A stretch of DNA of 64,000 bases from Actinomycetota bacterium (GTDB taxonomy: Bacteria > Actinomycetota > Acidimicrobiia > Acidimicrobiales > Ilumatobacteraceae). Made by a program: the position numbers and the translations under genes. The stretch is from NCBI GenBank assembly GCA_039177505.1, contig JBCDFR010000011.1:4536-68535 (forward strand), given 5' to 3'. The notes beneath the pieces were generated by a model. The model was not told where the DNA came from. It searched no databases and saw only the letters and a program-made list of their open reading frames with translations. Of the stretch, positions 63,326-64,000 are shown piece after piece; the first letter of the stretch is position 1, and the number at the start of each line of letters is the position of its first letter.

Positions 63326-63829
63326 ATGAACGGAGCCGAGATGACTGACACGACCGACACGCTGCCCATCGACATTGGGATCTCCGAGGCAGAACGCACC
63401 GCGATCGCTGACGAGCTGTCGAAGGTGCTCGCTGACACGTACACGCTGTACCTGAAGACGCACAACTACCACTGGAACGTCACTGGCCCGATGTTCAACA
63501 CGCTGCACCTGATGTTCGAAGAGCAGTACAACGAGCTCTGGGTGGCCGTCGACCTCCTGGCCGAGCGCATGCGCTCGCTCGGCGAGTTCGCGCCGGGGAG
63601 TTACTCCGCATTCGCCGAGTTGACCTCGATCGACGAGGCAACCTCGGTACCGTCCGCCGAAGACATGATCCGTGACCTCGTCCGCGGACACGAAGCGGTC
63701 GCCCGCACGGCGCGCGGCGCCTTCACCACCGCCGACAAGGCGAACGACCAGCCGACCGCCGATCTGCTCACCCAGCGCCTCGAGGTACACGAGAAGACCG
63801 CCTGGATGCTGCGCTCGATGGTCGCCTGA
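63326..63829 (+). CDS. dps: Dps-family DNA protection during starvation protein / ferritin-like
   Basis: [37 protein letters not shown]; [11 protein letters not shown]; [23 protein letters not shown] 63341 is an alternative start. Confidence 0.9.
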   Translation: MNGAEMTDTTDTLPIDIGISEAERTAIADELSKVLADTYTLYLKTHNYHWNVTGPMFNTLHLMFEEQYNELWVAVDLLAERMRSLGEFAPGSYSAFAELTSIDEATSVPSAEDMIRDLVRGHEAVARTARGAFTTADKANDQPTADLLTQRLEVHEKTAWMLRSMVA

Positions 63830-63929
63830 GCCATCCTCACGCGACCACACCTGCAGCACACCCGCACCAGACCACCAGCTCGGCACACGGCGGCCGGAAT
63901 GTGGCGATCCCGAATGCGGTTCCGCCACC

Positions 63930-64000
63930 ATGAGGTCCTTGACATCGCCGCGGCGCGAGCTGATGTTGCTCGCCGTGTCGATGGTGCTCGCGATGTCGAC
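63930..64000 (+). CDS. 5' end of a probable membrane/transport protein (continues beyond window)
   Basis: ATG 63930 gives MRSLTSPRRELMLLAVSMVLAMS... Only 23 codons are visible, with basic-then-hydrophobic character. Confidence 0.3.
   Translation, partial: MRSLTSPRRELMLLAVSMVLAMS

Noticed and set aside
1-64000. tRNA (including tRNA-Sec), rRNA, transposase/integrase, prophage, toxin-antitoxin and defence-system genes
   Set aside because: Nearly all intergenic gaps are shorter than 140 nt, and none showed a cloverleaf-like arrangement by eye. No ORF showed recombinase, nuclease-helicase or Cas-like motifs. Proper tRNA and ncRNA scans were not possible here, so small RNAs cannot be excluded.

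Overview
High-GC, actinobacterial-type chromosomal segment. It is densely packed, with about 58 protein-coding genes on both strands, short intergenic gaps and many 1-4 nt start/stop overlaps. I recognised no rRNA, tRNA, CRISPR array, transposase, integrase or phage-like gene. All family calls come from reading motifs by eye; no searches were run.

The content is mostly housekeeping and envelope functions:
- a seven-gene Mrp/Mnh cation:proton antiporter operon (23186-29098, minus strand)
- purE-purK, trmB, engB, htpX, dps, pcp and an AceE-like E1 enzyme
- a TetR-MMPL pair, two MFS transporters and a 2+2 ABC-2 operon
- a LAL/LuxR regulator, a sigma-70 factor and a Cys-type sulfatase
- a copper-oxidase locus and many lipoproteins

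Main observations:
1. Track ORFs 8204..8578 and 8654..9376 are a single reading frame interrupted by one TGA. The TGA sits at the redox-active position of a ResA/TlpA-like thioredoxin-fold domain (W-A-P-Y-TGA-G-C). A bulged hairpin with a CGGGU loop follows 11 nt later. This is a candidate selenocysteine recoding site with a SECIS element. No Sec machinery is visible in the window.
2. A soluble protein (33286..34638) has a DisA_N/DAC-like C-terminal domain that keeps DGA but lacks the RHR motif.
3. An N-terminally anchored surface protein (10380..11834) carries about 13 YadA-head-like repeats. It lies next to a divergent LAL regulator.
4. A polytopic protein (57978..60377) fuses a kinase-like domain with a degenerate catalytic loop to a UPF0104 (LPG-synthase-TM-like) domain.
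5. Two promoter-like motifs are positioned as expected for leaderless transcripts (the sigma factor and pirin genes).
6. A tandem pair of long hairpin repeats follows the sulfatase gene.

Many long ORFs in the supplied track are antisense or out-of-frame shadows of real genes, as is typical of high-GC DNA. I rejected them.
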